Source: Eledone cirrhosa
Taxonomy: Eukaryota
Length of the DNA stretch: 64,000 nucleotides
Direction of reading: 5' to 3'
Assembly: GCA_964016885.1 (NCBI GenBank)
Contig: OZ024743.1
Span: 335,792,001 to 335,856,000 of the forward strand
The translations under genes were made by a program, and so were the position numbers. Position 1 is the stretch's first letter. Each line of letters opens with the position of its first letter. Of the stretch, positions 1 through 14,920 are shown piece by piece. The notes below the pieces were generated by a model that saw only the letters and a list, made by a program, of their open reading frames with translations, was not told the DNA's origin and ran no database searches.

Positions 1-459
1 TGTGAAGTTGCGAGTTCGATTCCTTGATCAAAAGACTATTTCACGTAGCTCTTTCTGCTATGAGTTGCAACCGGTAGATAGAATCAGCAATGGAAATGCC
101 AATGGAAAATTGTTTCCTTGGTCCGACTTGACGATGTCCACCCCATTCGGTAAGCGAATGAGGTCTGGGATTTTGTCGATCGACTTCTTTTCCTTTCCTA
201 GTAGGATGAGTGACATCGCAGAATATCTTAATTACTGTTATTTTTATTGCGGCTACTATTGCTTTTCATGTGTCTTTATTGGTGTTGCCAATTTATTATC
301 AGATGTAGACATAGATGTTATAGTTGATGGCACTATATTTACGGTTTTCGTATTACAATTGTTGTTGTTATATTATTAGATGTTACTTTTACTAATAGAC
401 ATAGAATGGCTGAATGGTTAGGAAGTTTGCTTCACAGCCATACTATTTAGGGTTCGGTC

Positions 460-800
460 CCGTTTCCTCTTTGTACCGGTCTCCGTCAAAACCTCTGGAA
501 TCCTTAATCCTCACACTGCTGATTTCCTCCGTAAAATCGGAAATGCGGTGGCCTGCTTTAAGAAGGAACTCCGTAAGGTGGGGTGCCTAAGCAGCGGGAG
601 TCTTTCGCTATTCTCCGCGTAATGCCTTTACCATTTTCTGTATGGGGCGCGACTGAAGTACCGCTCAGACTAGAGTGTTTTGTATGTCCCTTTCCCTTTT
701 GTTCATTGCTTGATTCTTTTTCTTCCTTTCGTTTCCTCTTTCTCTTCCCTTTAATAGTGTTTTTGTTTTTCTATAAACAGCTTTGAAAATAAGATACCTC
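460..800 (+). mobile_element. Degraded 3' end of a CRE-like RLE non-LTR retrotransposon
   Basis: Translates to FLFVPVSVKTSGILNPHTADFLRKIGNAVACFKKELR, resembling the CRE-type C-terminus (FxPxxxETxGxxG...LxxIG...RGNA). Related copies lie at about 21570-21712, 22780-23150, 35180-35545 and 63860-64000 on the minus strand. Confidence 0.5.
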
Positions 801-1099
801 GTGCCTTGTTACTTGACAATTAGCACCAAAAACAAAAGATATTTCACTTTAACCGTAATCCAGTAAGTGAAATTGGATAGACGGAAAGCACATTAGATGG
901 AATGAAACTGTAATTTAAAGGGCCAGCCTTATTACACGCAGTCACTCTGAATTTCCCTGATATTTACGTTAAGGGAACAAATATCTGAAGAACACCCAAC
1001 CACATACATGATACTTTAACGAGTATATCATGTTTTAAGGAAACTAACAAAGAATAATTTTTCTTCATTAACAGTAACATTTCCTATTAGTCTATCCTC

Positions 1100-1290
1100 T
1101 ATCCAGAGACAATCAGGTAAAATTGCTGCACAGATTTTACGGGCAAAACAAACAGGTAGGAAAACAACGGGTAAGACCCCGACAAGTTGGTAGAATAATA
1201 TTCATGAGCTCGGCTAGTCTCGCTTGGGGATCCAGGCTGAGACGGTTGCTTCTGACAGGTCCCGCGAAAATGCTTGTTTGAAGACTCTTT
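1100..1290 (+). mobile_element. RTE-clade LINE 3' fragment
   Basis: Clearly similar to 42660-42860 (catgagctcggctagtctcgcttgggga...gcttctgacagg), which encodes a GRRPRGR...W RTE-type C-terminus. Confidence 0.55.
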
Positions 1291-2839
1291 ATGTTTAGAC
1301 TTTCAACTCTGTTTGAGCAAACTTATGATAAAAAAAAGATTCATTCTCTGACCATCCTATATTTTGCCCAGTCTAGTATATGCCAGATCCCATAATCTAA
1401 TGTGGACACAGGTAAGGCTGTGATTGCTTCAAAATCATGAGGGTGCAGATTCAATCCTCTGTGTGGTATATTGGGCAAGTGTCGAGTAAGTGTCTTTACC
1501 ATTGTCTTAGGTCATCTGATGTCTGTCTTAGAGAATTTGAGGGTACGGATTCAAAGTCCCAGCAATGTCACATATTGTGTAACGCTGATTCGGTTAGGAA
1601 TTATCTTAAGGCTGCACGTGTCTTTGGAATATTCAACTACATAGATTACTACACAAGTTCAACGTTCAACTGAAAAACTGAATGCTCATCGTAATCATGA
1701 TCCTGTCATGTGGCCTCCCTTTCTTAAAACCATAGAATTTGATTTGAGGGGTATTTAGTTGCTATTTCTATTTGGTAGAACAAACACACAAAGACTTCCT
1801 CGATAGCTCGAATATATAGAAGTCTGACTTGTGTAATCAGAAAAATTACTGATGACTTGATATATTATTTGATGCTTTGTAATGGCTTGCAAATCGTTCA
1901 GAATTAGTTTGAAAACTACCAATTACTTCTGATAAAAGAACCACTATGGCAGTCACAACAATAACAGAAAATGCTGTGGTATCCGTAAAGATATAAAGAA
2001 CATATGACTAACTTTACAATATATAGGAAACAATATGGTAATAAAAGAACCATATGACGGCTCAGATATAAAATATAACATTAAAAATAATATAGTCACC
2101 ATGATGATACAAACTATTACCTCTTAAAGGTAGACATGGATTAATAGAATAAAAATTGAAAGTGATAACAAGCAGAATAAAAATGTGATCTTAATTTTTA
2201 TCGATTAAATCTTATTTTACTCTTTTTCAATGACCAAAAAAAATAATTATATATTTTATATCTTTCATAATTTTCTCTTGACAATAAAACATATTTCATA
2301 GCATTTTAAAGCTTACACTTCTAAATATTCGTCAGATAAAAATATATTTTTATTGCATAAAAAAAATTCTTATTTTTCAAGGCGGGGAGTGGATTTATTT
2401 AGGATATTCAAATTTTGAGTGCATTTTAGATAAATCTATCACCATTCGGGCATTCTTAATTCACTTGTCTCTCCTCCACACGTTACCCATACTGTATCCA
2501 ATAACCACGCCCACCAATGCTATCCCTAGCTTCTGCACTAACCCCCATATCTAAACTTTCCTCTTCTGAGATACATTTATTTAGAATTCCCTACCTGCTC
2601 ATGCATTTTTTTTATCGTTTAGCCTTCAACTTGCAATTTGATCAAATGGAATATTTTCTTTTTATTTTCTCTCGTAACTTTCTAGGGAGTCGTAATGAGG
2701 TCGTATTCAAATGTGGCGTTACTAGGGCATTTCTTAACTTGGCGGAGCCTATCTCCTCTTAAGGCATGACTACAGAAGAGTTCTCTCAGAGAAGAATAGA
2801 CAGGATGAGAGAATTGAAGGATGAAAGAGACACAGAGGA

Positions 2840-3000
2840 CGAATCCAGCAAGTACTAAACTGACATTTTTTTATTGACCTCGAAAGGATGAAAGCCAAAG
2901 TTGACCTCGGCGGGATATGAACTCAGACCGTAGAGAACGGAAACGAATATCTGAGGGCATTCGACCCGACGCTCTAACAATTCTGCCAGTTCACCGCTTC
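2840..3000 (-). mobile_element. tRNA-derived SINE (most abundant family in the window)
   Basis: Reverse complement of the shared core gagttcaaatcccgccgaggtcaactttgcctttcatcct...gtcgataaaa (B-box plus conserved central domain). Confidence 0.7.
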
Positions 3001-4423
3001 AAGAGGAACATTAACGACGTACATATCTCCAGTTTCAGAGGATCCTCCACGGCTATCGGCACAGTTCCTTACATTATTTATAGAATAACAGAATGAAAAT
3101 TGAAAGTGATAATTAGCAGAACGAAAAAAATGATCTTACTTTTTATCGATTATTTTGGATTATATATTCATTTCTTTCTACATTTCATTTCTACCCAATT
3201 AAATGATAGAAATAGAAAGGTGTGAAGATTATGCTTCTCCAGAAAAAGAGAACTTCCATGGCATTACCGACTCATAGAATAAATCGATAGAATCTAATAG
3301 TGGACATTAAAATATCGAGGCTTCATATTCTCCCAAATGCTTTGATTCTGTTTCTCTTGTCCTTGATTTTGCTTTTACGTTATTTTATTTAGTGTCCAAG
3401 TCAAACTTGATTGGATAGACATATCATTAATGGTGTTCCAGCCACGGGCATCACATCTTATTTTCAATGAATGCATCCAGGACGTTTTAGCCAAATCTCG
3501 ACTGTATTTTCTAGAAGCTTCAGCGACCACGTGCAGTCTTTCGTTGGCTTCTAAGAGTAAATAAACTTAGGATCAACAATGAAACAACGTAGAGGTTGAG
3601 TAAGAACTTTCTAGTCAATGATGTTACTTGAATTGCTTCAAATCAGACTAGCGTATTTTAGAAATGGTAGGATTTTTGTTAATGTAGGCTGAGATAAACT
3701 GTCTCAAAAGACATGGCTGTGCCGTCTAGATTTCTAAAGAAACGTTTCTTGAGGCCGGCGACTTATCAGGCCAGTGCTTATCCGTTTCCGTTAATTGACT
3801 GAGAGCACGAAACCCCGCCTGTAATTGACTCCAGTCCATCGGAGGATTAAAACCTCAGCTATTGCTGGTACTCATTTTCTGCTGAGAATAACGGAGCAAG
3901 AAACAAAACGAAGTGTTTTACTGAAAAACACAATACAGTCCATGAATCGAACCCACGATATTATGATTGTAAGTACAGCAGCATTAACAGTAGGCCACAT
4001 CTAGATTTGCCAGGCATGAAATGTCCATTCGATCAGGTCAGTCATAATCGAGCAGATATATGGGACAGTTTTATGAAGATGTAATCGCTATTTCTACTAA
4101 TTGGATTTTTTTTATATGATAGAATATGATAGGAGGGGGATTTGGATGCTATTTTGTAGCATGTTGGACAATTACATAAAGCCTTCCTCATTGGTTTGAT
4201 CAATAAATGTTGATGTGAGAACTAGAAGCAAAATCCATGTAAAAGCGTCCTTATTAGATATATCTATGAACACATCAATAATACCTTACTAAATCCGTAT
4301 TGAGTTAAGCAATATGATAAATGAGAAAGCGGAGGATTACAAAATGATATTAGTTTCTCCTGAATATAAAGATATTGCCCTTTAATTAGTTTTCTTCCAT
4401 TTATTTTCTGGGTAGATTTACAG

Positions 4424-4540
4424 ATTTAATGAAAGATGTGTTTACCTGTGAAAAGATGTCCTTATATTTTCCACTAGCTGTCAAACTATCGCTGATACAT
4501 GATGCATTTGTCCAACACAGCTATATGAAATTAGCTCCAG
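4424..4540 (+). other. Putative host-gene internal exon (117 nt, phase 1-1)
   Basis: Pyrimidine-rich acceptor ...atttacag| and donor CAG|gtaaca. Open frame xLMKDVFTCEKMSLYFPLAVKLSLIHDAFVQHSYMKLAP(G), phase-compatible with the exon at 8564. Confidence 0.35.
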
Positions 4541-5691
4541 GTAACAATAGTAATTATACAACGATACATCATGCTACAAATATGATAGTCAACAACGAGA
4601 GATAGCCAGACAGCATAAATTCAAAATGGTATTTATTTGGCTTTCTTTCTCTATACTCCGTGTTCGAATCATTCTTGGATCAGCTTGGTCTTTCATTACT
4701 GAGAGTCAATAAAAGAAGTGTTGGATACAGCCTGGCGTCGATTAAAACAGTTAAATCGTTCCTTTCCTATATATCATTATGCGAATGTAATAAAATATAT
4801 CATGGCGGCCTTGACTTAATATGTTATTTTCATTAATAAAATTGTTTACAATATATATAAAAAAAAAAAAAAAAAGACAACGCCAACATGAGAAACAACT
4901 CAATTTACAACAATAACTTTAACTATTCCAGTATAGCAGCTGCTGTCATTAATTCGGCCGGAAATTATGTAAGTTTTATCATAAGATGTTTCATGAATCA
5001 TCGGTTCGCTTATATAAACTAATTACGAGATGTTCAGGAAATATAATATTTGGAATAAATTCTTTTTCCAATACTGATCATTTGGACATAGAACAGTCAC
5101 TTATATCAATTGACAGATATTCGTATAGGATTTAATTAGTTTCTAGAAGTTTTTTTTTTAAATTGTTATATTGTTTGCTGTGGACGCAGCATCACCGATT
5201 GATTAACAAGTTCGTTTCGTTATCAGTAGGTCCCAGGTTCAATCCCACTGCATGATATCTTGTATCCTTTACCGTAGTCTCGGGTCGGTCCATAGCTTGT
5301 GAGTGACATTGGGAAGACGTAGATTGTTTAGAAGCCCATCAGATGGACAGTACCTATAATTCAAAGAATCAGTCTTGCCACACATTGTGTTACACGGAAT
5401 CTTCCAGAGAATTATGTTAAGGGTACACGTGTCTGTGGAATTCCCAGCTACTGACACTAGGTTCATGAGCATGATGCTCCGTTGATCGAACAATAAAGCA
5501 GCGAATTGACAGAATTGTTAAGGAGTAAGGTAGAAACAGTTGCGGCATTCATTTCAGTTCTTTGCGCTCGAAGTTCAAATCCCACAACAGTCAACTTTGC
5601 CTCCCTCTTCTTTCACTATTATAGTCGAGACGAGGGACATTCCCTTATACTTCCTCATAGAACATCACGGCTAATACATTGAACACTACCG

Positions 5692-5760
<69 letters not shown>

Positions 5761-5764
<4 letters not shown>

Positions 5765-6475
5765 TAAGTCAATTTTATAATCTTTTTATAATTTTATAAT
5801 TTTCTTATCTTACGTCTCTCATATTATTGTTCTGCAACCCATGCATTGAACCACAACGTTACTAAGACAAAACCCATATATTTGCTAGCATTGATATGCA
5901 TCTGTATGTATATAAATGTTACTAGATATAAATTCTTTATAATTATCTCCAATTCATTTGTCGAGCAATATTGGCCATGACTGCTGCTATAGTAATAAGC
6001 AGGCCGCCGTCTTATTAACAACTCGCTTTCCACTGATTGACCTCGATGTCACGTGATTGATTCTTTTTGAATTTGCCACAGACGTAGAGGCAGTGATTTT
6101 CTCAATGGCTAGGATTTCAGTCCACGCTTCGCTATTTCCTATCCACTGAATTATTTTTTTAATAAGTTTCCAGAGTCCTCGCTATGCCTGGAAACTTACA
6201 CGAAAAGAGAATTTCCTGACGACGGAATGCTTTTCCATATGATCTTCGGAAAATATATTTACTCCATTCCAGAAACTAATTAGTTGAAAGTGATATTTTA
6301 GTAAGTAAGTCAATTTTATAATCTTTTTATAATTTTATAATTTTCTTATCTTACGTCTCTCATATTATTGTTCTGCAACCCATGCATTGAACCACAACGT
6401 TACTAAGACAAAACCCATATATTTGCTAGCATTGATATGCATCTGTATGTATATAAATGGTACTAGATATAAATT

Positions 6476-6478
<3 letters not shown>
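5761..6478 (+). mobile_element. Non-autonomous hammerhead-containing element (Penelope-like pLTR / retrozyme-like), 541-nt unit with about 177-nt terminal redundancy
   Basis: 5761-5938 is repeated almost identically at 6302-6478. There is one hammerhead at 6212-6289, and pure (TA)n flanks both sides. Confidence 0.75.
6212..6289 (+). ncRNA. Type I hammerhead ribozyme motif
   Basis: TTTC-CTGACGA-(c)GGAATG...CATTCC(a)-GAAA-CTAATTAG-TT-GAAA: core boxes present, stem I 4 bp, stem II 6 bp, palindromic stem III. Confidence 0.7.
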
Positions 6479-8027
<1,549 letters not shown>

Positions 8028-8563
8028 AGATAGATAGATAAATAGATAGATAAATATGTCGTAGCCATAACAATATCTGCATCAGTGGCCTCTCTTCTTG
8101 GTATTTTTGCGAGTCGATATTTATATATATATATATATATATATATAATTACATTGTGTGTTTATGTGTGTGGGTGCATGTATATATATAATAGTACACA
8201 CAAATCCCGCAAGAATTATTTAATATCATATAATTGTGTGAGACTGATTTAATAGTAATTTTTTTCCCCATTATTACCAATGTATTCAGGATTTTGTGAA
8301 AAGACTTTTGATATTATCTCATATTTTACTATATTGCTTATGCGATATTTTTCTCGGTCCTTATTTACCAATGTTGATTTCTTTCTGACCTCACTTTATT
8401 TACTCATACAATTGCTATCAGCATCGTATTCATAAAACATACCAAGAACGCAGGCCCAGATCTCGATCTTAAAATCGTGACCCACAACTTTAGCAAATAC
8501 CGCCACAACCGCCTTCAAAACACCATGGAGCTTAGTTTAAAATTGCATTTTGTTGTATTTCAG

Positions 8564-8649
8564 GCCTCTACACCGACACAACGAGCAAGGAAGAGGATGT
8601 TGACGAAGAGAAAAGAGCTGGATTTCGGAGACTTAAGCTAATAGTTAGA
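8564..8649 (+). other. Putative host-gene exon (86 nt, phase 1-0)
   Basis: Strong acceptor ttttgttgtatttcag| and donor AGA|gtgagt. Open frame (G)LYTDTTSKEEDVDEEKRAGFRRLKLIVR. Confidence 0.45.
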
Positions 8650-9599
8650 GTGAGTGACAGAGAAAATGATGTACCAGTAACGCACTGGGTTCCATTTACA
8701 ATATGCTTTGTGGTATATAGTTACGTCCTTTTACGTTCTGAGTTCAAATGCCGCCGAAGTTAGCTTTGCCTTTTATTTATACGGCGTTCATAAAGTAAAG
8801 TACCAGTAATGCACTGAGGTTGATTATATCGATTTTCATATCCCCTAAAATTACTGGCATTTGGTTATGAGTTAAAATAACGAAAGGAAGGAGGGAGACG
8901 GCGGTGGCAGCGATAGTAGTGGTGATGATGACGATGGCGAGGATGCTGGTGATGACATTTGGTGGTGATACTTAGCAGCAGCGATAACAATAAGGATAAT
9001 AAGGAGCTGTGTATTTGATGATGATGATGATGATGATGATGAGTATGATAATTCCAAACAGAATTACGCCATCATCATCATCATCATCACCATGATCATG
9101 CTGTGTTTCCAGTCGTTCGATCAAGGGTATATTCAACCAACTCAAGAAATTAACGTGTAAGTGGCTGAGTATATCATAGACATGTGTACATTTCACATAA
9201 TTCTCAGGGAGATTTAGCGTGGCACTGCGAGTGACAATACCAGTCCCATAAAATACAGGTACAGTCATTTCAATGGGCTTTCAAACAGTCTCTGTGAACT
9301 AAATTTCTCTTACAAAGTATTAGTATGATCGACACATGGATATGTTAAGGGGCGTTAGCCCAGGGTGTGACTCAGTGGGATTGAACCTGTGATCATGCGG
9401 TTGGAAAGTATGATCGATTCGAGGCTATATTAAGGGACATTAGACCAGGATGGTAGGTAGGCTGGTTGAACACGTGATCTAATAATTACAAAGCGAACTT
9501 CTTAACCATTCGGCCATGCTCCGTCTACAATCATAATAAACGACGAACATTATCACAAAAAGATGATGACAATCGGGCTGATGGTGGTAGAGGTGGTTG

Positions 9600-10320
9600 T
9601 CATCACCATCACCATCACCACCACCATCACCACCACAACCACCACAACCAGCAACACCATCACCACTATCATCACCACCATCGACACCAGCGCCAGCATA
9701 AGCACCACCACCGCCAGCATCATCACCACCACCACCACCACCAGCGCCATCACCATCACCAGCATCACCACCAGCATCATCACCATCGACACCATCACCA
9801 ACATCATCACCATCATAATCATCATCACCAGCACAATCGACACCACCACCACCAACATCATCACCATCATAATCACCAGCACAATCGACACCACCACCAC
9901 CACCACCAACATCATCACCATCATAATCATCATCATCATAATCATCACCACCACCACCATCATCACCACTACCATCACCATCATCGACACCACCACCACC
10001 ACTATCACCATTACCACCACCACCACCACTATCATCACTACCACCACCACTATCACCACTAACGTCATCACCATCGATACCACCACCACCACTATCACCA
10101 CTAACGTCACCATCATCGACACCACCACCACCACTATCACCACTACCACCACCACTATCACCACTAACGTCATCACCATCGACACCACCACCACCACTAT
10201 CACCACTAACGTCACCATCATCGACACCACCACCACCACTATCACCACCACCACCACCCCTATCACCACTACCGTCACCACCATAGTCTCCACCACCACT
10301 ACCACCAGCAGCACTACCAT
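9600..10320. repeat. (CAC/CAT)n compound trinucleotide repeat with about 42-nt higher-order subunits
   Basis: Seen directly. It explains the overlapping Thr/Ile, Val/Met and Gly/Asp ORFs. Confidence 0.9.
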
Positions 10321-10534
10321 CTTTACATTTTATTATGGTCATGGTGATGATGATGATGACGATGAGTATGACGATGATGATGATCGCCATGATGATAATG
10401 ATCATCAGCAGCATGACGAAATGATTGATTATTTGATTGACGGCAACGCCGTCTAGCGGAAAATGTGGAATATTAGATGTATTACTTTCATTATGTTAAA
10501 GTATGTTCAGAACATAAAGAAAATAGTTTGACTG

Positions 10535-10735
10535 GCGTTGGAACATTGAAGCTATGTTGCTGGTGGTGGTGATGGTGGTGGTGGTGGTGGTGGTGGTGTG
10601 TGGTTGTGGTGGTGGTGGTGGTGGTGGTGCTGGTGGTGGTGGTGGTGGTGGTGGTGTGGTCGTTGGAACATTGAAGCTATGTTGCTGGTGGTGGTGATGG
10701 TGGTGGTGGTGGTGGTGGTGTGTGGTTGTGGTGGT

Positions 10736-10768
<33 letters not shown>

Positions 10769-12700
10769 GGTGGTGGTGTGGTGGTGGTGTGGTCGTTGGA
10801 ACATTGAAGCTATGTTGCTGGTGGTGGTGATGGTGGTGGTGGTGGTGGTGTGGTGGTGTGGTGGTCGTTGGAACATTGAAGCTATGTTGCTGGTGGTGGT
10901 GATGGTGGTGTTGGTGGTGGTGGTGGTGGTGGTGTGGTGGTGTGGTGGTCGTTGGAACATTGAAGCTATGTTGCTGGTGGTGGTGGTGGTGGTGGTGGTG
11001 GTGGTGTGGTGGTGGTGTGGTCGTTGGAACATTGAAGCTATGTTGCTGGTGGTGGTGATGGTGGTGGTGGTGGTGGTGGTGGTGGTGGTGTGGTGGTGGT
11101 GTGGTCGTTGGAACATTGAAGCTATGTTGCTGGTGGTGGTGGTGGTGGTGGTGGTGGTGGTGTGGTGGTGTGGTGGTCGTTGGAACATTGAAGCTATGTT
11201 GCTGGTGGTGGTGATGGTGGTGGTGGTGGTGGGGTGGTGGTGGTGGTGGTGGTGTGGTGGTCGTTGGAACATTGAAGCTATGTTGCTGGTGGTGGTGATG
11301 GTGGTGGTGGTGGTGGTGGTGGGGTGGTGGTGGTGGTGGTGTGGTGGTGGTGGTGGTGGTGGTGTGGTTGTGGTGGTAATGGTGGTGGTGGTGGTGGCGG
11401 TGGTGCTGGTGCTGGTGGTGGTGGTTGTGGTGGTGCTGGTGGTGGTGGTGGTGGTGTGGTCGTTGGAACAGTGAAGCTATGTTGCTGGTGGTGGGGTGGT
11501 GGTGGTGTGGTGGTCGTTGGAACAGTGAAGCAATGTTGCTGGTGGTGGTGGTGGTGTGGTGGTCGTTGGAACAGTGAAGCAATGTTGCTGGTGGTGGTAG
11601 TGGTGGTGGTGGTGTGGTGGTCGTTGGAACATTGAAGCTATGTTGCTGGTGGTGGGGTGGTGGTGGTGGTGGTGGTGGTGGTGGTGGTGGTGGTGGTGGT
11701 GTGGTGGTCGTTGGAACAGTGAAGCAATGTTGCTGGTGGTGGTGGTGGTGGTGTGGTCGTTGGAAGATTGAAGCTATGTTGCTGGTGGTGGTGATGGTTG
11801 TCGTGGTGGTGGTGGTGGTGGTGTGGTGGTCATTGGAACATTGAAGCTATGTTGCTAGTGGTGGTGGTGGTGATGGTGGTGGTGGTGGTGGTGTGGTCCT
11901 TTGAACATTGAAGCTATGTTGGTGGTGGAGGTGGTGGTGGAGGTGGTGTGGTCGTTGGAACAGGGAAGCCATGTTGCTGGTGGTGGTGGTGGTGATGGTG
12001 GTGTTGTAGGTGGTGGTGTGGTCGTTGAACCAGTGAATCAATATTGCTGGTCGTGGTAGTGGTGGTGGTGGTGTGGTCGTTGGAAGAGTGAAGCAATGTT
12101 GCTGGTGGTGTTGCTGATGGTGGTGGTGGTGGTGGTGGTGTGGTCGTTGGAACATTGAAGCAATGTTGCTGGTGGTGGTGGTGGTAGTGATATGGTCGTT
12201 GGAACAATGAAGCAATTTTGCTGGTGGTGGTGGTGGTGGTGGTTGTGGTGTGGTCGTTGGAACAGTGAAGCTATGTTGCTGGTGGTGGTGGTGGTGGTGG
12301 TGTGGTCGTTGGAACATTGAAGCTATGTTGCTGGTGGTTGTGGTGGTAGTGGTGGTGTGGTCGTTGGAACAGTGAAGCTATGTTTCTGGTGGTGGTGGTG
12401 GTGGTGTGGTCGTTGGAACAGTGAAGCTATGTTGCTGGTGGTGGTGGTGGTGGTGGTGGTGGTGGTGGTGGTGGTGTGGTCGTTGGAACAGTGAAGCTAT
12501 GTTGCTGCTGGTGGTGGTGGTGGTGGTGGTGGTGTGGTCGTTGGAACATTGAATCTATGTTGCTGGTGGTTGTGGTGGTGCTGGTGGTGGTGGTGTTGGT
12601 GTGGTCGTTGGAACATTGAAGCAATGTTGCTGGTGGTGGTGGTGGTGGTGGTGGTGGTGGTGGTGGTGTGGTCGTTGGAACAGTGAAGCAATGTTGCTGG

Positions 12701-12731
<31 letters not shown>

Positions 12732-13020
12732 GTGGTCGTTGGAACAGTGAAGCAATGTTGCTGATGGTGGTGGTGGTGGTGCTGGTGTGGTCGTTGTAAC
12801 AGTGAAGCAATATTGCTTGTGGTGGTGGTGTGGTCGTTGGAACAGTGAAGCAATGTTGCTGGTGGTGGCGGTGGTGGTGGTGTGGTCGTTGGAACAGTGA
12901 AGCAATATTGCTTGTGGTGGTGGTGTGGACGTTGGAACAGTGAAGCAATGTTGCTTTTGGTGGTGGTGTGGACGTTGGAACTTTGAAGCAATGGTGGAGA
13001 TGATGGTATGGTCGTTGGAT
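10535..13020. repeat. Minisatellite: about 36 copies of core GGTCGTTGGAACAKTGAAGCWATGTTGCT separated by variable (GGT)n
   Basis: Cores counted by eye. Spacer length varies from about 15 to about 170 nt. Confidence 0.95.
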
Positions 13021-13180
13021 GTCTTTGAAACATTTTTGTGTAAATTCTAACAAACATCACCAAAAAAAGAAAAGGAGATGTAAAGAAACAGAGGGAAAGA
13101 GTTAGAGAGAGATAGAAAGTCAGAGAACCGCAATGAGTGAGAGAACGGTAGAGGGCATGTGAAAGAAATAGTAAGAGTGG

Positions 13181-13181
<1 letters not shown>

Positions 13182-13245
<64 letters not shown>

Positions 13246-13340
13246 TGTGAGAGAGAGATAGAGAGAGAGAGACAGAGAGATAGAGAGAGAGAGACAGAGA
13301 GATAGAGAGAGAGAGAGAGAATGATATAAAGAGAAAGAGC

Positions 13341-13390
<50 letters not shown>

Positions 13391-13445
13391 TAAAGAGAAA
13401 GAGCGAGAGAGAGAGAAAGACAGAGAGATAGATAGAGAGATAGAT

Positions 13446-13493
<48 letters not shown>
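13182..13493. repeat. (TG)n followed by GA-rich microsatellite
   Basis: Seen directly. Confidence 0.95.
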
Positions 13494-13498
<5 letters not shown>

Positions 13499-14539
13499 AA
13501 TTTGAGAGACAAAAAAGAAAGTAAACAGAGGAATAGTACGTTTGTGAATTGAGAAATAAGCAACGTGATTGTTGTGTAGAAAAATAAAAGCTGGGTAAGT
13601 AATGGCGGTAACAAGTTCTTGGGATTTCTGTATTGTGTTAGATTGATCGAGAAATAAAGATGGCAGTTATTATTATTTCTAACATAGGAGGCAATAGAGA
13701 TTATAAATGTTCCCTCTGTCGCCCGTTGATTATTGTTATTGCTATTGTTATTGCTGCATAGGTGAGAGAGAGGCATACACAGAACAAGAAAGATAGGAAA
13801 AGAGACGGTTAAACTAGAGTTGATAGCCAGTCGATCTACATGGCCTCTTGCCAAAAATGCAATGGACTTCTGTCGGTTTCGACGATGAATGTTCCAGTCG
13901 CTCGATCAAGGACACAGCCTGCGCATGAAAATAAGCGTTTAAGTTGCTGAGAATTTCACTGGAATAACGTAATTATTGAGGAGATTCAGCATAACACAGT
14001 GTATTATAGGGCTGGTCCTTTGCTGAAAATAGTATTATTTTAAAAACAAGTTTGATGGATTGGCAGAATCGGTATTTAGCTATGGTCGTCTCCTTTCTGT
14101 GTTCAAACTAGGCCGCAGTCAACTCTATCTTACACTGAATTATTGTCCGATGTCGATAGAATATTCGGAGATGGATTAATCGGCTACACCATTCACAAAT
14201 TGACCAGTTTGTAGTGTGTGCTTTCACCATACGACCGAGTATAGCTTTATTTACTTTAAGGTTATACAGTATTTTGCTTTGCCATTGTATTTTATTATGT
14301 TATACTGATCTATAACAGTACTATTTTCAGTGTGTTGTGGAAGTCTTAGCAATTTGGTTATATTATTGTCTGCAGAGTTAATATTATATTCCCAACGCAG
14401 CTATTATCACGGATTTCTATTTCCACGCATTTGTATATAGATACTTTTTGAAATATGTTGCCTGCTATAAAGGATAAACCAATTAGAACATATTCCTTTT
14501 ACTTGTGATTTTTGGCAATGTTTGGCAGACTCGAATGGT

Positions 14540-14920
14540 GATGGTTTGGAAAAGACCGTCGGACAACATGCTTTGCGAATAGAGTTACGGCACACTACAT
14601 TCTGAGTTCAACTCCCGCCGAGGTTGGCTTTGCCTTTCATCTTTACGGGATCGATAAAATAAAGTATCAATCACGCACTGGGGTCAATTTAATCAACTTC
14701 GCCCAACGAATAAAAAAAAATATTGCTGGCCTTGTTTCAAACCAGAAACCATTATTGGATTGGCAATATCGGTAGAGGGTCGGACGCCATGCTTTGCAAC
14801 ATAGAGTTACGGTCCTTTAGAGTTACGGGAGTTTAAATCCCGCCGAGGTTAACTTTTCCTTTCCTCCTTACAGGGTCGAGAAAATAAAACACCAGTAATT
14901 CACTGGGGTAATTGCTGGAA
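14540..14920 (+). mobile_element. Two tandem tRNA-derived SINE copies
   Basis: Two ggcag...tcggac...gagtt(c/t)aa(a/c)tcccgccgagg...gtcga(t/g)aaaataaa units in head-to-tail order. Confidence 0.8.

Noticed and set aside
2285-2345. Minus-strand CTGACGA...GAAA hammerhead candidate
   Set aside because: Stem II is weak and no complementary stem I strand follows the UH.
10535-13020. CRISPR array
   Set aside because: Spacers are variable-length (GGT)n rather than unique sequences, there are no cas genes, and the context is eukaryotic.
10496-13063. His-rich/Thr-rich proteins from overlapping ORFs
   Set aside because: The core peptide switches reading frame between units, so no frame is maintained. 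These are repeat artefacts.
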